From Hydrurus foetidus (Eukaryota), in contig UYFQ01000210.1 of assembly GCA_900617105.1 (NCBI GenBank), positions 1 to 35,838 of the forward strand: a stretch of DNA of 35,838 nt. The letters are read 5' to 3'. Below, piece by piece: positions 10,892-23,810 of this stretch (position 1 is the stretch's first letter; the number at the start of each line of letters is the position of its first letter). The translations under genes and the position numbers were made by a program. The notes under the pieces were generated by a model. It searched no databases. It saw nothing but the letters and a program-made list of their open reading frames with translations, and was not told where the DNA came from.

Positions 10892-13800
10892 ATGGTGGCC
10901 AGTGGACACCTCAGGACGTCGCCTCTCAGCGATGATGACTCAGACTTCTCTGATTTTGAGCCCGATGAAGCAGATTTAGAAAGTGAAACTGTAAATAATA
11001 ATTGGCTGGATGAGGTGGATGAGGTTGTTGAAGTGGTGCCATCGTCTCCCTCACCGAAATGCTCTTTTGCTGACATGCTAAAAGGGAAAACGGTCCATCA
11101 GAGAGCATACGTCACAAATAACAGTGGACTGTATCATGCACTCTGCTCCGTTGAAGACTTAGAGTTCGCTAATTTGGTTCCAGCAATTCAGATTGTGTTG
11201 ATGAAGAGCCTTCTCGTGCAGAGATTCCAGCCGGGTAAGATAGACGTTACCTTGTGATAAGAATTTACAGGCTAGTCTCCCTGCAAGTATCTTCTCTACA
11301 GAGGAGATAGATTGGAACTCGCTTGTAAGAGGAGAATCTTTGCTCTGGCGACTTTTGACCATTTCGTGAATTTTGTTCTGCCGATTTCGCAGGAGAGAAA
11401 ATCTTCAGCGAGGGCGACTTCTCTTTCCCATTCTACATCATCGTCGCATCGGACGAAACAGCTGACACTGCTTGCGTTGAAGTGCTTAAAGATGCCGGTG
11501 GCTCAGAGAGGCTCATGACGAGACTTCATCGAGGTGCGAATGATACTACGTTACTTTTGCTGACACTTCTTTGGGAAGTGACTTAACAGTGCGATGATTT
11601 CAACAACAGGCCAGTACTTCGGACAAAAATATTTCCTAACGAAACAGCGAAGAGTGAGAAGTGCTACTGTGCGCGTGCCTTTCGACTCAGTGAGCGTGGA
11701 TATTGCATGTCTAATGCCCGAACAATTCTCCATCTGGGACTCGTATCGGAACGTTCTGCTAGGTGAGAATGTTCAACATCATATAAGCTGCGCACTGAAC
11801 ACTTGCTGGGAGCTACCCCTACACCTCTACTCAGTAACGAGAATTTAAGAATACTTCTGCCAGTGTAATTCATACTGCAGTATGAATGTCATGCTGCTGC
11901 GAGCTGAGTGGTACTGGTACCAGCTGAACTTTCACAGTTCTCTTTCTTTTTTTCTTTCTTCCTTTCTTTTATCTCGTTCGGTACTACCTCATTTCCGTTT
12001 CTATGTTTCTTTACAGTGCAAGGTGTGCCACTCATTCAGAGCGTGCCACGTGGTGAACGAGTGGCAATGATTTCCCAAGCTCAGATAAGAGAGTTCAGGG
12101 AAGGAGAGTACATTATAAAGCAGGGAGAAGTTGGAGAGGAACTTTTCATCATTCTGGAAGGAGCGTGTGACGTAGTTGAAGATAAAAACATCACGAAATC
12201 TTCTTCAAAAGACGACAAGGACAAATTGTCTATAAAAGATAAGGAAAAAGAGAAGGATAAGGATGGGAAGGAGATTGAAAAAGTTCCTAACATAGTCAAA
12301 TTAGTGACTTTGAGGGAAGGACATTTCTTTGGAGAGATGTCTCTAATGTCGGTCAGTACAACTCGTCTATCAGCCTGCCTGTCAAATAGCGTGGAACTGA
12401 ATCTGTCGGTTCAATGAACACCATGGATGAAATATATAGATGTGCGCTGCGCCAGATATCTTTTAAACACTTTTACATGCATTATCACTGCATTCCTCCG
12501 CATTTATGTCAATGATGCTCTCCACCATATCCTCACAGAACAATCCTCGCATGGCCAGTGTAGTGGCCAATTGTCCCAGCATCTGTCTGAGCCTCACAAA
12601 AACAGTGTTCAGGAATGCCCTATCAGCAGAAAGCTTCGCAAAGGTGTTGTCCACTGTGCTGGATGAGAGAAAGAAGGCGAGGAAAAGAAGACAGTCAGCT
12701 TCGAGGCAAAAGATGCTCCAAGCTGCTCTAGGTATTTGAAGCCCATGAATCGATTTACTCTTTGCTTTCGTGCGTGTTGTAATACCGTTTATTGTATACG
12801 ATTCATGTATCAATTTTCATCGAAATGTCTTCTGTTGCTTCTGGCTATATTCTAATTCTGAATCTATCTGATTTGTTCTACCGCATGGCATGTTCCATGC
12901 ACGTAGAGAAGTCGAGATTGATCTCTGATTAACAATATCCCAATTATAATCAATCAATCCATCAATATTATGATAACAACCTGAAGGTGCTGGTAAGAAG
13001 TTGAGTGCGTCTGAGAGGAGGCAGTCCTCTCCCCTGAGAAGGAGCAGATCGGAGACGCCCAGCATAGCCCTGGCGGAGTCACCAGTCACGGGTGCTGCTA
13101 CGTCAGTCACGCTGACGTCATCTGTGAAAATGAGAAAACTGTCCTCAGGTATGTCAATGGGATGGGACAAACTGAAAGTGAAACTGAAAGCGATAAAATG
13201 AACCAAAATGAGATAAATATAATGAAATGAATGCAAAGGAATAAAACGGGATTAGTAAACATTTGAAGAAGCGGTATCTCAATGCTGTAGGTGACAAACT
13301 GGTGAACAAGTACCTAGTAGTCAAGGAGCTGGGTAAGGGTGCAACAGGAGAGGTGTACATGGTGAGGGACGAAGAAACGGGACAGCCCTATGCCATGAAG
13401 GTTACCAACCGGTACACAGCGGGTTGGAGTGACGAGAACTCGGGGGACCGGTCCATCGCTCAGGAGATAGCGGTGATGAAGAAGCTACAACATCAAAACA
13501 TCGTCAATCTAGTTGAGGTACCGAGTGAATATAGCATGGATTCAAATTGCTTTCATGGCTGAAATTTTAGTCTCTTCTGGCATTTGCAATTACCGACAAA
13601 CATACACACTAATACTCACAGTCACAGTATAACTAACACACACGCCCTCACTCTCTTCACATCCTATCACTCTCACCCCCGCTCACTCACTCTCACCCAC
13701 ACAGGTGATAGACGATCCCAAGAATCGCAAGATCTTCCTAGTGCAGGAACTCATGGAGGGAGGGGCCCTCATGCCGGACTCGGAAAATTGCGAACCAGTG

Positions 13801-16800
13801 GCAAACGAAGTGGGTTCTGCATTGACTCTTCCTCTCCTCTCGACATCTGTTTGTGAGCAAATGTGTGCCATGCATTAGAGCCCTTCAGGATGTCGATGCA
13901 TTCCAATGCTGCATATACAACAAGATAAGCGACTAATGCCATTCTTATGCGCGACATATGTAGGTTGCTTGGATGTATTTCCGCGACATCGTAGCTGGAC
14001 TGGCCTACCTCCACTCCGAAGGCGTCATCCACCGAGACATCAAGCCACAGAATATTCTCTTAACGGCTGACGGCATCGCCAAGATCGCCGATTTCGGAGC
14101 AGCTGTCTTCATGGACGACGGAGAAGGCAAAGTAGCCTACGCAGGCACACCAGGTATGTTGGTGCCGTTTGTGTACATGTGTGTACGTAGCCCCACTTCC
14201 CTCATCTTCCTTTCTCTCCTCATCATTTCCATCTGGTCAAGTCATCCCATCCCATCCCAATCATCATCCCTCATCCAATCTCATCTCATTTTATGTCCGC
14301 ATTCCACTTCAGCCTTCATGTCACCGGAATTGTTCATGAGCAGTGAAGCCGCCATAGAGTTCTCTAAATCCCCCGCAATCGACATATTTGCACTGGGCGC
14401 TACTCTCTACTGCATGGTAGTGGGACATCCTCCCTGGATGGCTAACAACCAAATCGACCTGGCTAACCAGATCATCAGCATGGATCTGGTGTTCCCTGAG
14501 GGGATCATCCTCGACCCACATCTAAAGGTGATACTGCACGGCATGTCTTCTCTGCTTATCTGCATGTTGCTTTCTTACTTGGAATTGTTATCTTCTGCTT
14601 CTTCTCTAGACGCATACGTACTTCCTCAGTGAGTCCAACAACAGTGCAAATTATTCTGTAAATCATTTACTACCCGCATACATCTCCCCCATCATCTTCC
14701 TAACTGCTACTTGGTGTGTCGCCGTCCATGTCTGTTTACCCCACACAAGCATCTTACATTTCCCCATCTATCTACAACCTTTACTCTGCCTCTTCTCTAC
14801 TCCTCTTACTCCCATTACTCCTCATCGCCCCCACTCAGCATCTATTGAGGCGTATGTTGGACAAGGACCACAAGAGCCGGATAGATTTGGACGGAATCGT
14901 GGAGGACGACTGGGTGACGCACGAGGGGGTCGACCCGTTCTTCTTTGACGGTAACGCAACAGTGATGTACTTGTTCCTCGTGTGCGAGGAAGGAGAACGC
15001 AGGGACGGTGGGAGGGGAGGGGAGAGGAGGGGAGAAAGTATATTAAATCAAGTTGCAGTGGAATGATTGTTGCTCCAGACCCTATCCTATTGAGGATTTT
15101 GTTTGCATCTGTCATACCCATCAGGAAATCTTCTACTGTCACCAACTCCTTTATTAGTCCTCTACCGCTTTGTATTACTTCTCTCTCACCTTCATCTCAT
15201 TTTTATTCTCCTCCTCGCACACATCACTTCGCTTCACATCATAGGTGGCCCTGGCACGCCCCCCACCCTGTTCGATTCGGACCAAGACCTGGAGGCCCCC
15301 ATCATGCCGGCCAGCCCCACGCAATCCCTGCTCCGACTGGCCGTAGACGTGTCCGAGTCCTTAATGTCCATATCCCCCAGGGGAGGAACTTCTCCCGCAC
15401 ATGCAAGGGTGAGGGCGACCCAGTTGTCTTACTGCTCTCTGTACTGGATTGCACTACACCACATTACTCTACACTACCCTACTCTACTCCACTCTCTTTT
15501 TCTTTTCTTTTCTTCCTTAACTCAGCAATGCCTCACTGCAATCTGCTCTTTGCTACCGTCAATTCTTTCAATTATTTATTTCCTTTGCTTCTGCCTTCTT
15601 AAGATTTTCTGAATGTGATGTGGTCGTGATTACTTATTTAGCTTCGCGTTCATTCTGCTCCTAAGAGATGAACAAGCATGTGATGACCTTCCTTGCACAT
15701 CCCAACAATCTTGTTATCGGTTCTATCTACAGCAAACCATGATGGCACATTTTCCGAAGCCGAAAGGAGACGGCACGGTATTGGTGGTCGATGATAGGTA
15801 GGACAAGATGAGAGAGCGGACTGCTCAATGGATCACATCGAAGTAGTTTATCACCAACATTCAATAACAGTTTCACTTGCATTCTTTTCCTGTTTCATTC
15901 AGTCCTGTTGCAAGAAAGCTGTTGGCCATTCAAGTGGAGCGGGTGACGGGCTACACGTGTCAGGCAGCGGCCAGCGGCATCGAGGCGGTGAACATTCTGT
16001 CGGAGCTGATGAAGAACGGGGGCACCTCTTTTGACGCCATCCTCATCGACCACGCCATGACGCACTCCAGTTCACTCAAGGAGGTGAGCACAGGACAGCG
16101 ATATTTATCTAATGTTTCTCATATTGAAGGAGTCAGTCGGGCCATGAATACGCTGTGTGTTTTCTACTCTACTCTATTCTATTCTATTCTATTCTTGCTT
16201 GCTATTTGTTGGCCATATGATTCCATCCCCTCAATCGCCCCTCTCCATCACCCCTTTTCCCTTCTCTCCACTTCACTTCCCTTCTCTCTACTTTTAACAG
16301 GGCAGAGAGCGGGTGAGTCTAGACGGTCCCGCCACTGCCCTGGCCATCAGACAATGCGGATACACAGGTCGCATCATCGGTATGTGCGGCTCAACAGGAG
16401 GAGTCTTGGGGGAGTCCAGAACAGATTTCATGGTGCGTCACTCTCTGTTACTAGTCTAGTCTTCATTTGACTTAGCATCTAATATCGTGAATTGTATGCA
16501 ACAGTTTGCATCACGTATCAAGTTACATGATACCACAAGAACGAAATTTCTGTATCTGCTCTACATTTCTCTCCATTTCACTTATTCTCATTCTCATTCT
16601 TTGCATGGATTGCATTTATATATAGGATCGTGGGGGAGTGGTTATTATTTTGAAGAAGCCGCTTGACTGCCACCAGCTCAAGGAAGCTATCATGGACACG
16701 GCGGAAGAGTCCGTCATATCACAGAGATTCATGCAGAAAAGGTGAGCGCTGCACTCTTCTGACCATACAAGACTTCAGAGTGAGAGATGTGCAGCTATAT

Positions 16801-19800
16801 CGTATTTTGATTTTATCTCACGTTGTCGTGATCACGTACAAAACCATATACTACTTCATGGAGCAGACCATCTAAGAATTGTAAACCATCGACCATAATC
16901 GAATAGACGTAGATATGATGACAGATCAGAAACACACTCTAACTCAACACTCCACTACCTCAGAGACCTGCTGCAGATAGAGGACATCAGCACGGCCATC
17001 AAGCGACTCAGTCTGCAAGCCATCACCCCCGGCACCGACTCCTCCCGCAACTCCCCCCTAAACTCCGACAGGAGTACGGGGGAGCTGAGAGGCATCCAGT
17101 TCGAACTCGAGAAGCTGGCTGCCTTGCCGAGCCCCAAGACTACCTCTCAGGTGGGATGGGATGGGATCGAGTGCTATACTATACCACACATACTGCACTA
17201 TTCTGGACATCTGGTGTTAGTCCTGTGCAACGACTCAGCGCGCTCCACACAGTGTTTTTCATCTGCCCCTCACCTTATTTTTTATTCATACCTCTTCTCG
17301 TCTTTCATGCCCCAGTACTCCCAGTCATCTTCACCCACCTTCTTTTTTCCTGTTTGCCTCACTGACTCCTATCCTATTCCTTTGTACCTGTATCCTTCAA
17401 GATCCCATTCGGATCGCCCATAGCGCACAAGCTGTCTGACTCTGAGTCCGCTCAGTCCCTGTACAGCACCGCCTCTATGAGAGCTACTGAGGGACAGGGT
17501 CAGATCAAGGGCAGCAGCTGCAAGAGCAGCAACAACAAAAAGAAAACCCCGAGTACCACCAGCATGTACAGCTTCGCTGACGAAGGTATGTTTGTTTGTT
17601 TGTTTGTTAGATAGGTAGATAGATTGTTTGTTTGTTTGTTAGTGTCATACAATGCAAGTGCATGTGCATTCTAGATAAGAGCACGTGTTTGTTACCTGCA
17701 ATATCCTAATCCCCTCTTCCTTCTTCTCTTCTCTTTTCTCAGCTCTGGCTGACAAGGATTCAAGCGATGAGAATCTTTCTCTCGCTATGGCAGCAGGACA
17801 CATCTTGGAGCTGTCCAAGAAAACCCACAGGGAGTCATCTGCTGAGTCCCTCTCCCTCACCAGTCTAGAGGGCAGGAGGTCTTCGAAGGCAAAGGCAGAA
17901 TCCAACCGGTACATACGGCTACTTTCCTTTTCTTTCCATGCTATTCATGTGCATGCGTCAGCTGTTGCAACTCTGCTTCCGCCAACTCCTAAATTTGATT
18001 CACCTCTTCCTAGAGTTTTTCATAGCATCAAAATCAGTATCGGATTTTTCAAAATTGTAATTTCAAAATTAGACGTCAATTACTATTTTTTCACACCTCT
18101 TCCAAGATTATCAGAATTTTAATTGCGCGCTTTTACAATGATACACCTTGATGATGATGTCACTGTATTGAATTTGATAAATCCTTTAAATTGCACTACA
18201 CTGCTCTACGTACTAGGGTCGTACTATTTGTACGGCAGCGCACTTTACTTCACTGCGTCGCACTGCGTTACAAGAATACCATACCAGCATCCTTCTCGAG
18301 ACCACCAGGCGTCTCTTCTTTCTCTCACATGATCTTCATTTTATTTCACTATTTCATGTCTTCTCATTCTATTTCTTCTGTAGAGGTGTGCCGCTCAGCA
18401 CCAGCACGAAGGATGGCAACACCAGTTACAACAGCAACAACAACACCAACATGAATAAGGCCAGCACAGTCACAGTGAGTAGACCTTCCCCCGTCACTAG
18501 AGGGCAGTCAATCCACTTCGGTGACATCTCGGTGCGACTCACCCCACACTGCAATCTGCCCTTTGTCCCTTTCGTCTCTTGATTGAAGAGGCGCTTTACG
18601 CATGACTCTACTCTTCGATTGCTAGCGTCAACCACACTGTATTTTGTCCTGCCCTGCCCTGCCCTGCCCTACCCTGTATCATCCCTCCCATCAGCGCATT
18701 CTTTGCACCTCCAATCCATATTTCTCATTCTTTAACATTTAATGTTTAATCTTTTATCTGTACTGCAGCTTGATCAGGAGAAAAGTCGTTCGAACCCTTT
18801 CCGCAACGATTTCCAGTACACTGTAAACTATGAATCTGGCAATTATGCTCTCATAAAGAACGCTGACCGCTTAGGAAAGCCGACCACTGAACTGTCACTC
18901 ACGAGTCCTTACTCGTCATTCAACGGTAAGATGAGATAAACTAATCTAATACATGTCTCTGATGCATTCTAGACCACTTCACAAAGAGACAAATCATGAT
19001 GCGAAGATATGATGAGATGAGATGAGATGAGATGAGATGAGACGAGCAAGATGTCATGTGTTGCTGTACAGATAGATTATCAGTCTACTAATATAGCGAT
19101 GCTGATTATCTTTGACAAATTGTGACTCAATTATCTCACACCATGTAGACCGGAAGTATTTCGATGGCATGCTTGAGGAGGAGAGGGGAGGGGCAGGAGG
19201 AGGCAGGGAGTGGGGCAGCAGCATGCCCTCTGAGTCCAGGAGGGGCAGCTACACGTCAGCCAATAACAGCTCGCACAGCAGCATCGACAGCACGGGGCTC
19301 AGTCAGAGCACAGTGAGCAACTCCAGGAGTGTCAATGACAGCAATGGAGATTCCAGCAACCTGCTAGGCAGCACCCTCTTCCTAGAAGGCATGCCTGTGC
19401 CCGCTGCTGGGAGGATGCGGTCCACTAAGGGCAGCAACAGCAGTCTGTTCACACCTCCATTGCAGGAGAGAACACTCACACGCACACAGGACTTCATGGT
19501 CGTTCCATCCGAAGTAGTGTACGGCCCTGGGGGGGAGAAAATCAACAAGGGCATTGCCTACACTGCTCTAGACGGTCGGATGAGCTCTTCCTTTAAGATC
19601 CCGACTAACTCTTCCTATCAAGAGGAGGTCGAAGCGAGGAGGCAGAAGAGGGAAAGGGCGATGATCAAGAGTAAGTTGATGAGGCCTGACAGCGATGAGA
19701 GGGATCCAAGCAGTATGGAGAGGGCGCGTCTCAGTAGAGTGAGGGGCAGCAGGGGCAGTGTGGAGAGATCCAGAGAGGGGTCTCGCAACTCTCCATCCGG

Positions 19801-22800
19801 TAAAACTAACAGTGCGAGTAGCAGTGGTAATGGCAGTGGCAACCCTCTGGCCAAGAAGAAGTCAGGAATGCTAATGTCGAAGGTCGGTGCGAACGACTCA
19901 GCAGCGGGCAGCTTCACTACGACCCTCTCCCCCCAATCATCCGTCAATATTAGCAGCTACAACTTGTCCCGTGTGCCTTCAGGGGATGTGACCTCTGTAT
20001 TGAGGCCCAGAGGGGGGTCACTCGGAATGCACTCCCAAGCATCATCTACGAGGAGAAGGGAGTCCATCACATCCCTTGGATCGTTTGACTCGGTATGCAC
20101 TGTGTACATAATATACTATAGTGTGCTATTCAATCTACTTGTGCCTTCATAATTTTATTCTACCTATCTATCCACTTCACTCTCATCCTCTCTCTGCTTT
20201 CCTTTCCTCTCCTCTTCTCTTCTCTTCTCTAATATTTCCATTCATCGCGAGACATATGCTCAGCACTCCAACTTATTCTCACTTGTATTCATCCCATCTT
20301 ATCTTGCAATATATGCACATCAGTTGGGCATACAATTCATACGGGATAGAGAGATAGAGGCAGATTTTGATTCAGACGTGGACGGACAGCGTGTGAACAA
20401 ACTGGATGACTACAGCGCATCCCCAGGCACCAAGCTGAGTAAGAGAGTGGAGGGCTCGTTCCCCTACAAAGTGGGCAGCAGCAACGGCAGCAAAGTGAGT
20501 TCGCCTGGAGGGAGAGTGGTCTCTGCTAATGTGCTCTCTCTCTCTAGCGAGAAGACCTGCCACAGCATGGTCAGCTTGGAGGCTATAGGAGAAGGTGAGC
20601 AATAATGCAATGTAATTTAATGTGACGCAATGCGATGTTATGAAACAGAGCAGATTTAATACAAACGTATTCTACTGACCGTCAAGCACGCTCTGTTGCT
20701 GGACTCTATAGTATGCATCCTAGCACTGTCGAGGCTGACTTGACTTGACTTGACTTGACCCATTTTCTACTTCGTTCTCTCCAGCCAATCGATGCAATGC
20801 CAGTGCGAGTATTGATGCTGCGGATCAGTCTACGCGTCATTCCGTGCGCTTCTCCGGCAGCTACAGTCCATCCGTGACGAGCAGCACTATCTTCCGCCCC
20901 CTGTCTGTGGCCTCGTGCGTCAGTGGGATGAGTGACGTGTCCACTAGGCCCCAAGGGACAGGGGCGGGTACCGTCTCTCCCCCCCTCACAGACCTGCCCT
21001 TACCCCTGCCCTTACCTAAACAGAAGCACAGCCTCTACATAAAGAAAACTCTTCTGTTGGGGTCGCGCAGTCTGGACAATTTCGAGGAGGAGGAAGTGGG
21101 TGAGTGGAACACAGAGGACTGTCGAGGAAGCGATATCGGCAATGTGACCACTAGGAGTGAGTACGTTGACAAGTGCTGCGACTCGCCCAAGAGTTATCAA
21201 GACATAGACACCGATCAGTTGTGCGACTTGAAGGGGTTAGGGGGGGTGAGAAGGACGAAGAGCGATGGAGATATCAGAGCGCATGCGGCGCATGACAGCG
21301 ACATGGAGTCGCTTGAAGGTGCAGGATTTGAAAAAGATGGAGGGAGAAGAGGATGTGATGAGGACGATAGTGATGACGACTCTCACGAAGGGTTGGAGGG
21401 GGAGGACGAGGACAGTGGTGGTTTGAGGAGTTCAGCCGAGGACGATGATGACGATGACGATGACGGGTGCGATGGAGACCTGGGGGAGGAGATCGTGCAG
21501 TTGGATGATGACCTGTTGGCAAGTGCCCTGGAGGACCTGTGCGTGCAGCGTCCCCGAGGGGACCCCTCTGACTCCCAGTGGAACACGGTCAACGGCTCCA
21601 TAGAGGTCAGCAGCTACCTACTCTGTCCAGCGGGACAGGAGAACTTGAAGTTGGGTATCCGGTTCAGCAAAGCAGAAGCCATCGGAGGCAGGCAGTACAT
21701 GGAGGACAGGATATACGCAGCTGCGAATTTATCTATTGATGAGGAGAATGAGAATGCGGATCTTGCTTATTTCGGAGTGTTTGACGGGCATAACGGAGAG
21801 TACGTGGCTGACTTGCTGCAGAAGAGAATGCACGTAGCGCTGCAGTCGCACATCAACGCGGTCAGCGTCACGAAGGCATCGTTGGAAGGGGGCTGCGCTG
21901 TGTCACCGACAACTGCTAGTTGCCGGGGAGAAGGAGACTTGTCGGCACGCACGGAGAACAGTGAGATGACGGACATAGGGGACTCTGAGAGGGAGCACGG
22001 CAAAGCGCATGCGGACAGCGGCACACTGGGTGACTGCTTCGTGCGAGCTGCGGCTGAGCTGGACCTGCAGATCTTGACGAGGGACTACCAGAGGCAGCAG
22101 TGCAGTCTGCATACAGGCACACTGGATGCACAGACATTCGCAGGCTGCGTGCTAGCGACCATGACGGTCACCTCCGCACCCGCCTTCAACTCCTACAAAC
22201 CCCTCTCCGCTACTCCCAATGGAGCAGTGGCAGAGATGTCGTGGGTCAAGAAAGACAAGCCTCCCCGGTGGATAAGGACGGGCAAGGAGATGACCAGTGC
22301 GGGGTGCGGAGTGAACGTGATGGTGGGACACACGGGTGACTGCCGCGCTGTGCTGTCCATGAAGGGGGGCGTCGCGAGGGTGCTCACAGCAGACCACAAG
22401 CCCCAACTGCCATCAGAGAAGGAGAGAATCGAAGTGGCTGGTGGATGGGTGCACAACAACCGAGTGAACGGAGTGCTAGCTGTCTCGAGGTCCTTCGGTG
22501 ACATCCAGTACAAGACCTTTGACGGATCCACTAGATTCCTAACAGCCGAAGAGGAGGGGGGCATTTGGAGCAAGACTCAGCAGGTCATATCGAAGCCAGA
22601 TATCCTCGAGTTCTCTCTCGATGTCTGTCACGAATTCGTAGTCATCGCATCGGACGGCCTGTGGGACGTGTTCACAGCCCAGGAGTGCATTAACTTTGTC
22701 CGATGGCAGTTGAAGAAGCAGGAGGGGGACCTCACCAAGACGTCAGAGGCGCTGCTGAGTGCTGCCTTCGTGCGCGGCACATCCGACAACACCAGCGCCA

Positions 22801-22913
22801 TCATAGTGGCTTTTAATCAGAAAGAGTGCGCGGAGGAGAGGAGAGATCTCGCCACGTCTGTCTGTCCCATCGTCCCTCCTAACGCTAAACTCGCGAGGCA
22901 GACTAGGCCTTGA
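10892..22913 (+). CDS. Multidomain signalling protein: 2x cNMP-binding, CaMKK-like kinase, receiver (REC) domain, PP2C phosphatase (24 exons, ~2339 aa)
   Basis: Hand-spliced exons, all GT-AG and phase-compatible: 10892-11234, 11393-11533, 11610-11762, 12017-12351, 12539-12731, 12987-13148, 13291-13517, 13705-13809, 13964-14153, 14313-14527, 14839-14950, 15245-15408, 15733-15797, 15903-16083, 16301-16432, 16626-16741, 16964-17150, 17402-17585, 17743-17908, 18384-18531, 18769-18925, 19149-20092, 20324-20594, 20785-22913; total 7020 nt. Confidence 0.88.
11170..12660 (+). other. Tandem cyclic-nucleotide-binding domains (exons 1-5)
   Basis: [27 protein letters not shown] and [38 protein letters not shown]. 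Confidence 0.9.
13291..14950 (+). other. Ser/Thr protein kinase domain, CaMKK-like (exons 7-11)
   Basis: [59 protein letters not shown]. Confidence 0.95.
15775..16700 (+). other. Response-regulator receiver domain (exons 13-16)
   Basis: [48 protein letters not shown]. Confidence 0.88.
19013..19041 (+). repeat. (GAGAT)n intronic microsatellite
   Basis: Direct reading; other short intronic repeats near 17590-17640 (GTTT), 18647-18669 (CCCTG), 20736-20758 (GACTT). Confidence 0.85.
21655..22818 (+). other. PP2C/PPM phosphatase domain (within last exon)
   Basis: [52 protein letters not shown]. Confidence 0.95.
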
Positions 22914-23810
22914 AGGGAAAGAAAGAAAGAAAGGAAGAAAAGGCAGTGCAGTACTCTGATTAGGTAGTACGTGCTGTGATTGTAATTTGAGATCAGACGG
23001 AAAGTAAAATACCAGCATTGCTGAGTACAATACATGGTGCTGTAAATTCAAATTTGAATAGGAGATATGGCACTTATCAATTGTGCGGCTGACCCTCACC
23101 TCACCTCACTCCGCCTCACCTCACGAATAATAATTGATGTGGAGGACAGGACAGGAAAGGAGGAGAGGAGAGGAGAGAAGGTGGATTTAGTGTAGCTTTA
23201 GCTACATCTAACACTTTGCACTTCGCATTCTATTTTATTTATCTCATTCTCATATGGAATCATTTTATTGAACCTGATGAAAAAGGTGTGGGAAACAGTT
23301 CTTTTTAGTGCATTTTATTGATATCTTATATGTTACGAAGCCTTGCCACAAAGCAGTGGCTTTGAAGTCCAACTTGAAGTTCATCTTCAAGTTGTGCGAG
23401 GAAAATCATCTGTCAGTAACTTTCACAAAACTTATAGTTTCTATGTTGATGTTAGTTAAATGATTTGATTTGTCCATTGGAGTTGCTGATCTTAAGATAA
23501 CAAATTGATAATATTAAATTGATCTTGAGATTATCCGGCCTCATCGGTGGGTTCTTCAGGTCGGTAAGCCGTGCCGCATGTAATATCATGCAATGTTATC
23601 GGAAATTCTATGGCGAATACGGTTGAAATCACAAAAGGTGGTTTTTAATATCATTCACCTTACTGTCGAAAGCGAGCATCAGCGCCACGGTGCGCTATAT
23701 CTGAGAACACGCGGTCTGTTCGTAGGATGCTTCTCATAGCCATTCCTCGATATCGGCGTGATTTTGGTAAAAGAGATCATTCATCTCGTCTCCAATCTTG
23801 ATCGTTGCTA

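Larger units (their letters stand above)
5247..11178. repeat. Tandem duplication copy B (5932 bp unit: gypsy 5' half + Crypton remnant + start of host gene)
   Basis: Near-identical to 1-5246; left junction at 5246/5247 joins host exon 1 to antisense gypsy pol. Confidence 0.95.

Noticed and set aside
1..11178. DIRS-like retroelement combining gag and a tyrosine recombinase
   Set aside because: Gag belongs to an integrase-encoding gypsy lineage, and its LTR interrupts the recombinase gene, so the two are nested rather than one element
14154..14312. Hydrophobic insert in the kinase activation segment of the 219-aa ORF
   Set aside because: It is a stop-free 159-nt GT-AG intron; removing it restores GTPAFMSPE
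20844..22913. Stand-alone PP2C gene
   Set aside because: The ORF starts at GTG and is preceded by a good in-phase acceptor at 20784, so it is better read as the last exon
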